Below, piece by piece: positions 1 to 9,876 of a DNA stretch of 64,000 bases. Position numbers and translations under genes: made by a program. The number at the start of each line of letters is the position of its first letter. The first letter of the stretch is position 1. The notes under the pieces are model-generated. The model saw only the letters and a program-made list of their open reading frames with translations, made no database searches and was not told where the DNA came from. The DNA is from Limnothrix sp. BL-A-16 (lineage in GTDB: Bacteria > Cyanobacteriota > Cyanobacteriia > CACIAM-69d), in NCBI GenBank assembly GCA_041937175.2, contig CP166615.1, forward strand, positions 2,656,001 to 2,720,000, written 5' to 3'.

Positions 1-271
<271 letters not shown>

Positions 272-361
272 TTACTTGAATCGTTGAGGGGGGAGGGGCA
301 GGTAGCTTGGGCGATCGACCGGATCACATCCGGCTGAGGGGAGATCGTTAGCCTCTTGCAG

Positions 362-668
362 GTCAACTCAATCAGTGTATCAACTTCGTAACCTTGTGAC
401 CGGTTGCCAGGGTTTAGGATCGCCCTCAGAGCGCGGAAAACAAGCTAAAGCTGCTGAAATGGAGGCCCAAATGGCAACAGCAGTGGCGATCGAACCACTG
501 ACGCTCCATGATCTCGAACAGCGGTTTGGTCTCCAGCGCAGTGCTGATCCAGATTTCTTTCGAGAATGGCGCGATCGGTTGCCGGAGTTGGGGGCGATCA
601 AGCGCGATCGGCGGCAACGAATCCAAGCCAGCTATGCGAACTTAGCGCGGCGATCGGTGCTCGAAAAT
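362..668 (+). repeat. Direct repeat copy 1 (~306 bp): upstream region plus truncated 5' end of a small cyanobacterial 'restriction endonuclease subunit R'-like gene
   Basis: Aligns by eye along its whole length with 13787-14092. Encodes MATAVAIEPLTLHDLEQRFGLQRSADPDFFREWRDRLPEL...YANLARRSVLEN, then breaks off. Family label is from recall. Confidence 0.85.
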
Positions 669-679
669 CCGATCAAAAA

Positions 680-703
680 TTTTGAACCGTATACGGTTCA
701 AAA
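680..703. repeat. Perfect 24-bp palindrome TTTTGAACCGTATACGGTTCAAAA
   Basis: Read directly; identical to its own reverse complement. Confidence 0.9.
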
Positions 704-739
704 AGAGTCTGGATCGCCTCCTGGGTAGCAACAGTCTGA

Positions 740-870
740 GAGGATGTCTGAAAAGCCAAAATCGATACTCTGCACGCCTCATCGATCGACGAAGACAAGA
801 GGCTTAAGCCCCTTGCCCCCACGACTATTGGTGCATTGCCCGTGCCAAAAGACACTTTTCAGACATCCTC
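740..870 (+). mobile_element. MITE, 131 bp, IS5/IS1031-type ends, internal REP-like hairpin
   Basis: TIRs GAGGATGTCTGAAAAG / CTTTTCAGACATCCTC; flanked by TGA on both sides (737-739, 871-873); core CAAGAGGCTTAAGCCCCTTG at 796-815. Confidence 0.85.
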
Positions 871-890
871 TGAGACCATCCTGCTTAGTT

Positions 891-1982
891 TCATTTATTT
901 TGAATCCAGGCATGGCTCAATTGAGTAGTGGTCTCATCTTGCGCAATCACCTGTCCCTGACGGTTAATCAAAATAGTTCCAATCTTGAGGAGAACATTTC
1001 CATACTTTTTCACATAGGCTTGAGCTTTCTGAGAAATGGTTGTGGCTAATACTTGAAACACGCGATCGGCTAATTTGAGTTCCACTAAACTTTTATAAGC
1101 ATCATCTGCCGTCTTGGCTTCCAACACGGTCTCTATGGCGGATAGACCACCACCCGTACGGGCAACCGCTGCACTAATGATTTCCAATTTGGCATCAGCA
1201 AGGTGACTAGAAGTATTAAAAATACCGCCTGCCAGCTTCACCAACTTTCCTTGATAGCCCAGCAGGATGACTGATTCTGCACCATGCAAAGCCGCTTCGA
1301 TGAGTAATGCACCCACCCAATTGCCCGTTTGGACAATAGCGGTTTCTGGAAAACCCATTTGTTGGGCAACGTGGATCCCATGACTGCCAATGCAGAAAAC
1401 CAAGTTAGTGTGTAATTTCACCTTGGCTTGCAAAATCTGACGCAGATCTTCTAAGTGATCTTCAGCAGAAAGGGGCTGAGCAATACCACTTGTGCCCAGT
1501 AATGACAGTCCTTCCAAAACCCCGAAGGCTTCATTGGACGTTCGTTGAGCCAGTTGCCGACCTTCAGGCATGATGATGGATACCGTGACGCTTTGATCGG
1601 CAGCAATCAACGGTAGCAGGTTAGCTTCAAACAAACGGCGAGCATACCGGTAGATGGCTGGATCCCCGGATGCGGTTTTGCCAATCCCTTCTCCAGCCTC
1701 TAAAATCAGTTGCTCAGCTTGGCGAGGTTGAAGTTTAATCCAAGCCCAAATGGGCGTATTGCGAGTTAAATCTAAATTGTCACCAGGATCGCTGATGGTA
1801 ATTGCCAGGGCGCTGCTGATGTCTAGGTGAGCGACTTGCTGAATGGGAATGGTTGCTTCGCCGGGCAACAAATCCAGAGCAACGGTTTGTAAGGGATCAG
1901 GGCGGTTGTATTGGAGATGAAGCAACGCGGCTTTGGCGGCGGCAACTGCAAATACAGGCAGGGTGTAACCGGAACGGGCCAT
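891..1982 (-). CDS. cbiD: Cobalt-precorrin-5B C1-methyltransferase
   Basis: RSGYTLPVFAVAAAKAAL, DPGDNLDLT, GLSLLGTSGI, GKLVKLAGGIFNT motifs; cob context. Confidence 0.95.
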   Translation of the reverse strand: MARSGYTLPVFAVAAAKAALLHLQYNRPDPLQTVALDLLPGEATIPIQQVAHLDISSALAITISDPGDNLDLTRNTPIWAWIKLQPRQAEQLILEAGEGIGKTASGDPAIYRYARRLFEANLLPLIAADQSVTVSIIMPEGRQLAQRTSNEAFGVLEGLSLLGTSGIAQPLSAEDHLEDLRQILQAKVKLHTNLVFCIGSHGIHVAQQMGFPETAIVQTGNWVGALLIEAALHGAESVILLGYQGKLVKLAGGIFNTSSHLADAKLEIISAAVARTGGGLSAIETVLEAKTADDAYKSLVELKLADRVFQVLATTISQKAQAYVKKYGNVLLKIGTILINRQGQVIAQDETTTQLSHAWIQNK

Positions 1983-2041
1983 TGAGGTGAAGAACTTGAG
2001 ACGATCGGGAATGGACTAAGACAGAAGCAGCAGGGTGAAAC

Positions 2042-2803
2042 ATGCACGATCGCAAGCGAGTGCTGATCTTGGGCGGAACCGGAGACGCAACCGCATTGGC
2101 GGCTCGGATCGCCGAAATCCCTAAAGTGGAAGTTATCACATCGCTGGCAGGGCGAACTCGTCAGCCCCTAGTGACATCCGCAAACACCCGAATTGGCGGA
2201 TTTGGCGGTGTGGCAGGACTCACAGACTACTTGCGAGAACAGCAAATTGATGGGCTGATTGATGCAACTCATCCCTTCGCGGCTCAAATTTCCTTCCACG
2301 CGGCGGCGGCCGCCACCGAGGTTGGCATTCCCCGCTTACTGTTGATGCGTCCGGCCTGGGAACGGGCAGAGGGCGATCGCTGGATTGAAGTGGACGGTCA
2401 TGAGGCTGCTGTCACAAACCTGCCGGGCCTCGCTGAGCGCATTTTTCTGACGATCGGGCGGCAAGAGCTGGCCGTTTTTGCTGCTTTGAAAGATCTTTGG
2501 TTCCTGATGCGGATGATTGATCCGCCTGGGCCAGATGCGGTAGTTCCTCCTGGAAAACTGCTCCTGGAACGAGGCCCGTTTTCATTAGAAAATGAGCGAT
2601 CGATCCTGCAGCAGTACGACATTGGAGCGATCGTCAGCAAAAATAGTGGTGGGGATGCTACCTACGCCAAAATTATTGCGGCCCGGGAGCTAGGAATTCC
2701 GGTGGTGATGATCCAACGTCCACTGATTCCGCCAGGAGACAGCGTGACGGAGATTGAGAGTGCTTTAGCGTGGCTCAAAAAGACATTGACACTCCACGCC
2801 TAA
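2042..2803 (+). CDS. cobK: Precorrin-6A/cobalt-precorrin-6A reductase (CobK/CbiJ)
   Basis: ILGGT, SLAGRT, GGFGG, IDATHPFA, KNSGG motifs. Confidence 0.95.
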   Translation: MHDRKRVLILGGTGDATALAARIAEIPKVEVITSLAGRTRQPLVTSANTRIGGFGGVAGLTDYLREQQIDGLIDATHPFAAQISFHAAAAATEVGIPRLLLMRPAWERAEGDRWIEVDGHEAAVTNLPGLAERIFLTIGRQELAVFAALKDLWFLMRMIDPPGPDAVVPPGKLLLERGPFSLENERSILQQYDIGAIVSKNSGGDATYAKIIAARELGIPVVMIQRPLIPPGDSVTEIESALAWLKKTLTLHA

Positions 2804-2928
2804 CGCCGTTGATTGATCCCATACCTGATACTCCATGCTTGCCGGACGACACACCGCTTATCGGTGGATGCCCATCAGTTATTTGCAGCTATTTGCAGCC
2901 TTGGTGCAGATTCATGGTTATCAATGGG

Positions 2929-4167
2929 TTAACCTTTGATCACGATCCACTGAGTCACGGGTGCCATTGCTTTCCAGCCCAGAAATTTGCCGACGGGCGC
3001 TGCCCGCTGAATGGCAATTCGGGTCAGGGTTCCGCCAAGCTTACTCTGCCACTGAAATAGCATTTGTTCACTTTCGACGGTGACCGCATTGGCAACCAGG
3101 CGACCACCGGGACGCAGTGCTTGCCAGCAAGTCTCCAATAGATTGGGCGTGGTGAGTCCACCGCCAATAAAAATCGCATCGGGTTCTGGGAGATCCCTGA
3201 GTGAATCTGGGGCAACTCCCGCCACAACGTGGAGTTGGGGAACGCCTAAAGCATGGGCATTGTTGGCGATATATTGCAGGCGATCGGGGTGCTGTTCAAT
3301 GGCGATCGCCCGACATCGGCGATCGCACCGCAGCCATTCAATGGCGATCGACCCACAGCCAGCCCCCACATCCCACAGCAGTTGACCGGGTGATGGCGCA
3401 AGGGCCGATAAAGTCACTGCACGAACTTCCCGTTTGGTTAACTGTCCATCGTGGTGATAGGCAGTGTCGGGCAGTCCAGGGGTACGAGGCGAGAGGAGCG
3501 CTGGGGACGTTCGGGACGTTGGGGGCAAAGTCAGGGCAATGGTATTGAGATCGGCCAACTCGGGAGCCGTCCAGGTGGCAGCCGTCCCCGTCGTGATCCG
3601 TTCATGAATACCGCCCATACGTTCCAAAACCGTGATTTGACTGTCGCCGTAGCCCTGCTGGGTCAGGCGTTGGGCGACCGCTTTGGGAGTCGTTTTGTCA
3701 GCGCTGAGGATCAAGATTTTGGCAGCGGGGTACAGCACGGCGTTCAAGAGCGCCGGATCGCGTCCACAGAGGCTGAGGGTTTCCACTTCGGTCAGTGACC
3801 AACCCAGACGGGCACAGGCCAGGCTAAAGGCAGAGGGAGCGGGAATGATCGTCATTTCCCCGATCAAAATGTGGCGGATCAGGGTTACGCCAATGCCACA
3901 ACACATTGGATCACCGCTGGCCAGAACACAGACCGCTTGCCCCCGACGTTGCACGATTTGCTGCACTGAGTCAGCGATCGGGGAAGTCCAGAGTAGTCTT
4001 TCACATGGCTTGTCGGATTGACCCCCTTGCTCGTCTGAGGGCAACAGCGCAAGATGACGCGCTCCGCCCACAATCACGGTTGCTTGGGCCAGGAGCGATC
4101 GCCCCACTGGACTCACTCCCTCCCAGCCATCCTCACCAATACCGATGATCGATAGCCACTTTTGCAT
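2929..4167 (-). CDS. cobL: Bifunctional precorrin-6Y C5,15-methyltransferase (CbiE-CbiT fusion)
   Basis: IIGIGEDG, LASGDP, GQLTKREVRAVTL, WDVGAGCGS, FIGGG, GGRLVANAVT. Start moved to ATG 4167, which follows a GGAGGAGG RBS. Confidence 0.94.
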   Translation of the reverse strand: MQKWLSIIGIGEDGWEGVSPVGRSLLAQATVIVGGARHLALLPSDEQGGQSDKPCERLLWTSPIADSVQQIVQRRGQAVCVLASGDPMCCGIGVTLIRHILIGEMTIIPAPSAFSLACARLGWSLTEVETLSLCGRDPALLNAVLYPAAKILILSADKTTPKAVAQRLTQQGYGDSQITVLERMGGIHERITTGTAATWTAPELADLNTIALTLPPTSRTSPALLSPRTPGLPDTAYHHDGQLTKREVRAVTLSALAPSPGQLLWDVGAGCGSIAIEWLRCDRRCRAIAIEQHPDRLQYIANNAHALGVPQLHVVAGVAPDSLRDLPEPDAIFIGGGLTTPNLLETCWQALRPGGRLVANAVTVESEQMLFQWQSKLGGTLTRIAIQRAAPVGKFLGWKAMAPVTQWIVIKG

Positions 4168-4253
4168 TCCTCCTCCTTGCATTCAAAAAGCGGTTGATTT
4201 TTGCAAATTTTACGAGTCCAATGTTGAGCACTCTCCATGTGATACGCTGCATT

Positions 4254-4409
4254 GGCTTGAAGTTGGGAAAGTTCGGTAAGATCCCGACACTGTGCCGCAA
4301 CTGTAATGCGATTTTAGATTGGCAATTTTAGATTAGAACTTCAGAATTCAATCCAAAATTCAACCTCCAAAATTTGAAATCGAGCAAGTCAGAATGCCAA
4401 CCTCAAGTC
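4254..4409 (+). ncRNA. Cobalamin riboswitch upstream of cobG
   Basis: GGGAAAGTTCGGTAAGATCCCGACACTGTGCCGCAACTGTAA core and AAGTCAGAATGCC B12 box; CTTGAAGTTGG pairs with CCAACCTCAAG (P1). Boundaries approximate. Confidence 0.88.
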
Positions 4410-4480
4410 TGTTCTAACGAAGTTAATTGGCAGAACAATACCCTGTGAATTCTCTGCGGCGCACGGAGAAGGAGGATCCC

Positions 4481-6049
4481 GTGACTTGGCTAATGGAACC
4501 GAATCGCTGTCCAGGGCTGTTCTATGGAACTCCAGCCCAAGATGGATTTCTAATGCGGATTCGCATTCCTGGTGGGTTCTTGAATTGTCAGCAAGGACAG
4601 GCGATCGCCACCCTCGCGGAACAATGGGGCAGTGCAGCAATCCAAGTGACGAATCGAGCCAACTTACAAATTCGAGCCGTCCACAATCCACCAGCCGCCG
4701 AGGTTTTTCAGACCTTACAGACGCTGGGACTGGCGGCTCAAAATCCCAAGATTGACCATCTCCGCAATGTGATGGCTAGCCCCACGGCAGGAATCGATCC
4801 CCAAGAGTTAATTGATACTCGTCCTTGGATACAAGCCTTAGATGCCTATATTCAAACCCATCCAGAGCTGGCTGATCTGCCTGCTAAATTCAGCATTGGA
4901 ATTGACGGTGGCGGCGCAGTCGGAATTGGTACGCGCTACTCCTGTGGCAATGCTTCGCCCACGGAAATTCCCTGGGAACATCGTTACAACGAGATTCAGC
5001 TTTCGGCTGTTGCGGGCGGTGGGCAATTAGGAAACGGGAAGGAGGCGGTGTTTTTTCGGTTGCACTTAGGAGGAGATAAGCAATTACGAGATCCAAAAGT
5101 GTTAATTCAGCCGGATCAATGTATGCCCGTCATATCAGCTTTGACCAGGGTTTATCTGGATTATGTGCATCAGAATTCGCACCAACAAAATTCGCACCAA
5201 CAAAACTCGCACCAACAGAAAAAGCCCCGAATGAAACACCTGCTGCAAGATTGGGGCATGGAGCGCTATCTCCGGCAGGTGAATCAGTATTTAGCCTCTC
5301 CACTCCGGTTAGGTGCTACCTGTCCTACGCCTCGCCCAACTCAGCGGTATGCCCATTTGGGGGTTCATCCGCAACGACAATTGGGATTGTCTTACGTTGG
5401 CATTCATCTGAGCTTGGGACAACTGACCGGAGCGCAATTGCGGGAATTGGTACAACTCTCCGCAACTGTTGGGAGTGGCGAACTGCGACTAACCCCCTGG
5501 CAAACGGTTGTGCTGCCGAATATTCCCGATCGCCAAGTGGCTGAGGTACTGCAACACCTTGAATCATGGGGATTGTCCATATCCGCCAATCGGGTTGCGG
5601 CGGCGATCGTGGCTTGTGGCGGAAAACCGGGCTGCGCTGCCTCAGCAACCCAAACGCAAACCGATGCGATCGCCCTAACCCAAGTCCTCAATCAACATTT
5701 GGTGCTAGAGTCGCCCGTCAACATTCATCTCACAGGCTGTCCAAAATCTTGCGCACAACCCAGTCCGGCTGAAATTACTCTGTTGGGTGCGATGATCGAG
5801 CAGTCCGGTGAAATCGTGGAAGGCTATCAGATCTATGTCAGCACAGCGCAATGCTCGGGTGATGTCAAAGAAGCCGTGATGCAACATCATCTGGGGGGTG
5901 TTATTGCTTCTGAGCTGCCTTCAAAAATTGCCAAATTACTGGTGCTCTATCAACAACACCGAGCAACATTAGATGAGTCTTTTGGAGCATTCGCCGCTCG
6001 GTTTTTAATACCCACAATGCAACCCTCGATCGCGTCCTCAAACCTTTAA
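4481..6049 (+). CDS. cobG: Precorrin-3B synthase (nitrite/sulfite reductase-like Fe-S protein)
   Basis: CPGLFY...DG..MRIRIPGG, TNRANLQIR, LPAKF, ACGGKPGC, HLTGCPKSCAQ. GTG 4481 follows a GGAGG RBS. Confidence 0.9.
   Translation: MTWLMEPNRCPGLFYGTPAQDGFLMRIRIPGGFLNCQQGQAIATLAEQWGSAAIQVTNRANLQIRAVHNPPAAEVFQTLQTLGLAAQNPKIDHLRNVMASPTAGIDPQELIDTRPWIQALDAYIQTHPELADLPAKFSIGIDGGGAVGIGTRYSCGNASPTEIPWEHRYNEIQLSAVAGGGQLGNGKEAVFFRLHLGGDKQLRDPKVLIQPDQCMPVISALTRVYLDYVHQNSHQQNSHQQNSHQQKKPRMKHLLQDWGMERYLRQVNQYLASPLRLGATCPTPRPTQRYAHLGVHPQRQLGLSYVGIHLSLGQLTGAQLRELVQLSATVGSGELRLTPWQTVVLPNIPDRQVAEVLQHLESWGLSISANRVAAAIVACGGKPGCAASATQTQTDAIALTQVLNQHLVLESPVNIHLTGCPKSCAQPSPAEITLLGAMIEQSGEIVEGYQIYVSTAQCSGDVKEAVMQHHLGGVIASELPSKIAKLLVLYQQHRATLDESFGAFAARFLIPTMQPSIASSNL
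5171..5215 (+). repeat. In-frame 15-bp tandem repeat x3 (QNSHQ) inside cobG
   Basis: CAGAATTCGCACCAA CAAAATTCGCACCAA CAAAACTCGCACCAA. Confidence 0.9.
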
Positions 6050-6072
6050 AATTCGCCTATCTCAAAAGTCAA

Positions 6073-6702
6073 ATGATTGACTACATTCGCAACGGCGATG
6101 ATATTTATCGCAAATCATTTGCCATCATTCGTGCAGAAACTAACCTAGAGCATTTATCCAATGGTTTAGCGCTAGTTGCCGTGCGGCTGATTCATGCTTG
6201 TGGCATGACTGATATTGTGCAGGATCTCGCCGCTTCATCCCATGCGGTCCAAGCTGGACGCGAGGCACTCAAGGCCGGTGCGCCCATTCTGTGCGATTCG
6301 CAAATGGTAGCCAATGGCATTACTCGTAAGCGACTTCCGGCGAATAATGCGATTATTTGCACCCTGAATCGCCCGGAAGTTGCGGAGATTGCCCAACGGA
6401 TCGACAATACGCGATCGGCTGCGGCCATTGATCTTTGGCAACCTCACCTCGCTGGGGCAGTCGTTGCGATCGGGAACGCCCCAACGGCTCTTTTCTATCT
6501 CCTAGAACAATTAGATCAGGGCTGGCCGAAACCTGCTTTGATTTTGGGTTTCCCCGTCGGCTTTGTGGGAGCTGCTGAATCCAAGGCCGAATTGGCGGCC
6601 AACAGTCGCGGCGTGCCCTTCATCACGCTTCAGGGTCGGCGAGGGGGAAGCGCGATCGCCGCCGCTGCCATTAATGCCTTAGCGAAGGAGAACGAACTAT
6701 GA
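6073..6702 (+). CDS. cobH: Precorrin-8X methylmutase (CobH/CbiC)
   Basis: IYRKSFAIIRAE, RLIHACG, TRSAAA, IGNAPTAL, PVGFVGAAESK. Confidence 0.96.
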   Translation: MIDYIRNGDDIYRKSFAIIRAETNLEHLSNGLALVAVRLIHACGMTDIVQDLAASSHAVQAGREALKAGAPILCDSQMVANGITRKRLPANNAIICTLNRPEVAEIAQRIDNTRSAAAIDLWQPHLAGAVVAIGNAPTALFYLLEQLDQGWPKPALILGFPVGFVGAAESKAELAANSRGVPFITLQGRRGGSAIAAAAINALAKENEL

Positions 6703-7400
6703 ACATGGGTAAACTCTATGGACTCGGCATTGGGCCAGGAGACCCGGAGCTGTTGACCCTGAAGGCACACCGGATTTTGACCACTGTTCCTGTGATTGCT
6801 TACCCCACTTTGGAAAATGGCAAGGTTTTGGCGCGGGCGATCGTGGCTGATTTCATTCGTCCCGACCAAATTGAGATTCCGATGCCGTTGCCCTTTAGCG
6901 TGGAGCGATCGTCCCAACCCTACTACGACAGGGCTGCTGAGAAAATCGCTGAGCATCTGAGCCAGGGACGGGACGTGGCGGTGCTGTGCGAGGGAGAACC
7001 GATGCTGTATGGCACGTTTATGTATCTGTTTCAGCGGTTAGCGCCGCGATTTCCGACCGAAGTGGTTCCGGGCATTTCTTCGACCATGGCCAGTGCCGCC
7101 ATGTTGGGTGCGCCGATCACCTTTCGCAATGATGTATTGAGCATTATGCCGGCCACGTTGGATGCCCAAACCCTGCGCGATCGCCTCGCGGTGGCGGATG
7201 CCGCAGTCATCATTAAACTGGGCAGACACTTTGCGAAAGTCCGCACCATTTTGGATGAACTGGGACTCCTCGATCGCGCCCTTTACATTGAACGAGCGAC
7301 TCAACCCACTCAACGAATTGTTGCCATTACCGAGATTGATTCAGCCGAAGTTCCCTACTGGTCCCTGATTCTGATTCCCAGCCAAACTCAACCCCAATGA
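6699..7400 (+). CDS. cobI: Precorrin-2 C20-methyltransferase (CobI/CbiL)
   Basis: LYGLGIGPGDPELLTLKA, CEGEPMLYGTF, VVPGISS; ATGA overlap with cobH. Confidence 0.95.
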   Translation: MNMGKLYGLGIGPGDPELLTLKAHRILTTVPVIAYPTLENGKVLARAIVADFIRPDQIEIPMPLPFSVERSSQPYYDRAAEKIAEHLSQGRDVAVLCEGEPMLYGTFMYLFQRLAPRFPTEVVPGISSTMASAAMLGAPITFRNDVLSIMPATLDAQTLRDRLAVADAAVIIKLGRHFAKVRTILDELGLLDRALYIERATQPTQRIVAITEIDSAEVPYWSLILIPSQTQPQ

Positions 7401-7426
7401 AACTGCTAATTAACTGCTAATTAACA

Positions 7427-8899
7427 ATGAGTTCACTTGCGATCATTATTTTAGGAGAAGCCAGTATTCCCATTGCTCGTCAGATCCAAACAGCTAATCC
7501 GGATGCCGTGATCTATGGATTAGCCAACCGGACTCAATCGGCAGATTTGATCTACGACGACTTTGGCGATACGGTGCGGGAGCTGTTTCGATCGGGCACT
7601 GCCATTCTTGGGATTTGTGCCGCTGGCATTTTAATCCGGACGATCGCTCCCCTCCTGATCAACAAATGGCAGGAACCACCCGTTTTAGCGATCGCCGAAG
7701 ATGGTAGTGCCGTTGTGCCGTTATTGGGTGGCTTGCAGGGCGTGAATCAGTTAGCGCGTCAAATTGCCGCTGTTCTTCGCGTTTCTGCGGCCATTACCAC
7801 AACGGGCGAGCTACGATTTCAAGCCGCTTTGTTGTCGCCACCACCAGCCTATCGCTTAGTCAATCCTGAGGATGCAAAGACCTTTATTGCCGACTTACTG
7901 GCAGGCGCAACCGTCAAGCTGATTGGGGAAGCGCCTTGGCTCACCATGAGTCGATTACCGATCGCGACAGAGGGGAATGAAGAAAGCAAAAACATTCCTG
8001 ACGGGCGATCGCTCACAATTGCAATCTGGCCCAAAGATGGCGCTGAACCGGCAAAAATTCCCAGCACAGATTGCTTAGTCTATGAATTTGACCCGGAATC
8101 GATCGCACCCGATTCTCTACTGTCAACACCGAATCGCCACCCGGGAAAATTAGCGATCGTTGGTACAGGCCCCGGCTCCGCCGCCTGGATGTCTCCTGAA
8201 GCCCAAGCAATCTTGCGATCAGCCACAGATTGGGTAGGCTACAAAACTTATCTAGATCTAGCAGCACCATTGCGGCAACCTCATACCATTTGCCATGAGT
8301 CGGATAACCGAGTGGAACTCGATCGCGCCCGCACTGCTTTAGATTTAGCCGCAACCGGACGAACCGTAGCGATCGTATCCTCAGGTGATCCGGGTATTTA
8401 TGCGATGGCAGCGGCCGTATTTGAAGTGCTAGACCGAGAGGCCAAACCAGAGTGGGAACCAATTAACATTCAGGTCTATCCTGGCATTTCAGCCATGCAA
8501 GCCGCCGCCGCTCAAGTGGGCGCACCCTTGGGGCATGATTTTTGCACCATTTCCCTCTCCGACATTCTCAAACCTTGGGACGTGATTGCCCAACGGGTCA
8601 CCGCCGCCGCCCAAGCTGATTTCGCGATCGCCTTTTACAATCCTGTTTCCAAACAGCGCACTTGGCAACTCGCAAAAGCCAAGGAGATTTTGTTGCAGTG
8701 GCGATCGCCCCAAACACCTGTCGTATTAGCCCGGAACTTGGGCCGGCCCGGACAAACAGTGGCGGTTAAATCCCTGGAACAATTGGCGATCGATGACGCT
8801 GACATGCGAACGGTGATCTTGATTGGATCTAGCAAAACTCGAATGATCCAACAGCGATCAGGAAAACAATGGATCTATACCCCGAGACAATACTCGTAG
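7427..8899 (+). CDS. cobJ: CbiG N-terminal domain fused to precorrin-3B C17-methyltransferase (CobJ/CbiH)
   Basis: N-terminal CAAGILIR...EPPVLAIAEDG..VVPLLGG (CbiG_N); C-terminal VGTGPG, SSGDPGIY, GAPLGHDF, ISLSD, YNP, YTPR. Confidence 0.92.
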   Translation: MSSLAIIILGEASIPIARQIQTANPDAVIYGLANRTQSADLIYDDFGDTVRELFRSGTAILGICAAGILIRTIAPLLINKWQEPPVLAIAEDGSAVVPLLGGLQGVNQLARQIAAVLRVSAAITTTGELRFQAALLSPPPAYRLVNPEDAKTFIADLLAGATVKLIGEAPWLTMSRLPIATEGNEESKNIPDGRSLTIAIWPKDGAEPAKIPSTDCLVYEFDPESIAPDSLLSTPNRHPGKLAIVGTGPGSAAWMSPEAQAILRSATDWVGYKTYLDLAAPLRQPHTICHESDNRVELDRARTALDLAATGRTVAIVSSGDPGIYAMAAAVFEVLDREAKPEWEPINIQVYPGISAMQAAAAQVGAPLGHDFCTISLSDILKPWDVIAQRVTAAAQADFAIAFYNPVSKQRTWQLAKAKEILLQWRSPQTPVVLARNLGRPGQTVAVKSLEQLAIDDADMRTVILIGSSKTRMIQQRSGKQWIYTPRQYS

Positions 8900-8997
8900 C
8901 GCGGCTGCCTTAATTCACTGGGTCAAATTTGTGAGTCAGTCGTCGTAACAAGGGGCTGGAGCATCTTGCTGCCTAACGATTTGGCAACGCCAACAGC

Positions 8998-9018
8998 CTT
9001 TGATATAACCTATCAAAG
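8998..9018. terminator. Hairpin between convergent cobJ and cbiO; a variant REP lies at 8949-8968
   Basis: CTTTGATA-TAACC-TATCAAAG stem-loop; CAAGGGGCTGGAGCATCTTG nearby. Confidence 0.45.
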
Positions 9019-9021
9019 CTT

Positions 9022-9876
9022 CTAGGATGCGTCCTCGGGGTTAGTCGCAAGGTGAGCACGCAACTCCGAGATTGTCTTCGGTAGTGTCTGGCGCGGATGG
9101 CGCAAGGCCGCGGGCAGGGCATTCCAAACCGCTAAAACCGTTGGGATTTCAAGCTGCAATTGCTGGAGTAGCTCAACATTGTTAAAAACGGTCTCGATCG
9201 GCTGAGACAACACCAGGCTTCCCTCATCTAACACAATCGCCCAATCGGCCCAGGCATAAGCCAGGTCTAGATCGTGGGTTGCCATGATCATCGTCGTCCC
9301 CCGATCGTGAATCCGATCGAGTTCCTGAAACAGGTTACGAGTTTGTCGGGCATCCAGATAGGCCGTCGGTTCATCCAGCAACAACAATTCCGGTTGCAGC
9401 GCCATCACTCCAGCCAAAGCCACCCGGCGCTTTTGACCTAGGCTCAGATAATGGAGCGGGGTGTTAGCAAGTTCTGTTAAGCAAAAGTCCGCCAGCGTTG
9501 CCTGAAGTCGTCTGCGGATTTCTGCCTCAGGCAACGACAAGTTACAAAGTCCATAGGAAATATCCTCAGCAACCGTCGCCGCCACCAATTGTCGTTCTGG
9601 ATTTTGAAACGTCAGTCCAATTCGCTGTCGCCACAAATTGAGTGCAGTGGCACGATAGTTTAAAGGCTGACCTTGCCAAGTGATGATTCCTGAAGTGCAA
9701 CGATACAATCCAGCAATCAAAAACAACAGTGTTGATTTACCACAGCCATTGTGGCCTAAAATCACAGTCTTTTGACCCACAGGCACCTTGAAACTGAGTT
9801 GCCGAACAGCAAAACGATCGCAATGAGGATAGGCATAACAAACTTCATGAAGTTCCAACAGCACATCAGCCATCAA
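9022..9876 (-). CDS. cbiO: Cobalt ECF transporter ATPase
   Basis: Walker A GHNGCGKST, FQNPERQL, LSLGQKRR, LLLDEPT; downstream of cbiQ. Confidence 0.93.
   Translation of the reverse strand: MMADVLLELHEVCYAYPHCDRFAVRQLSFKVPVGQKTVILGHNGCGKSTLLFLIAGLYRCTSGIITWQGQPLNYRATALNLWRQRIGLTFQNPERQLVAATVAEDISYGLCNLSLPEAEIRRRLQATLADFCLTELANTPLHYLSLGQKRRVALAGVMALQPELLLLDEPTAYLDARQTRNLFQELDRIHDRGTTMIMATHDLDLAYAWADWAIVLDEGSLVLSQPIETVFNNVELLQQLQLEIPTVLAVWNALPAALRHPRQTLPKTISELRAHLATNPEDAS

Noticed and set aside
349..360. TAGCCTCTTGCA, resembling the IS end TAGACCTCTTGCA, just before direct repeat 1
   Set aside because: Short, gapped match with no partner end nearby; could be chance.
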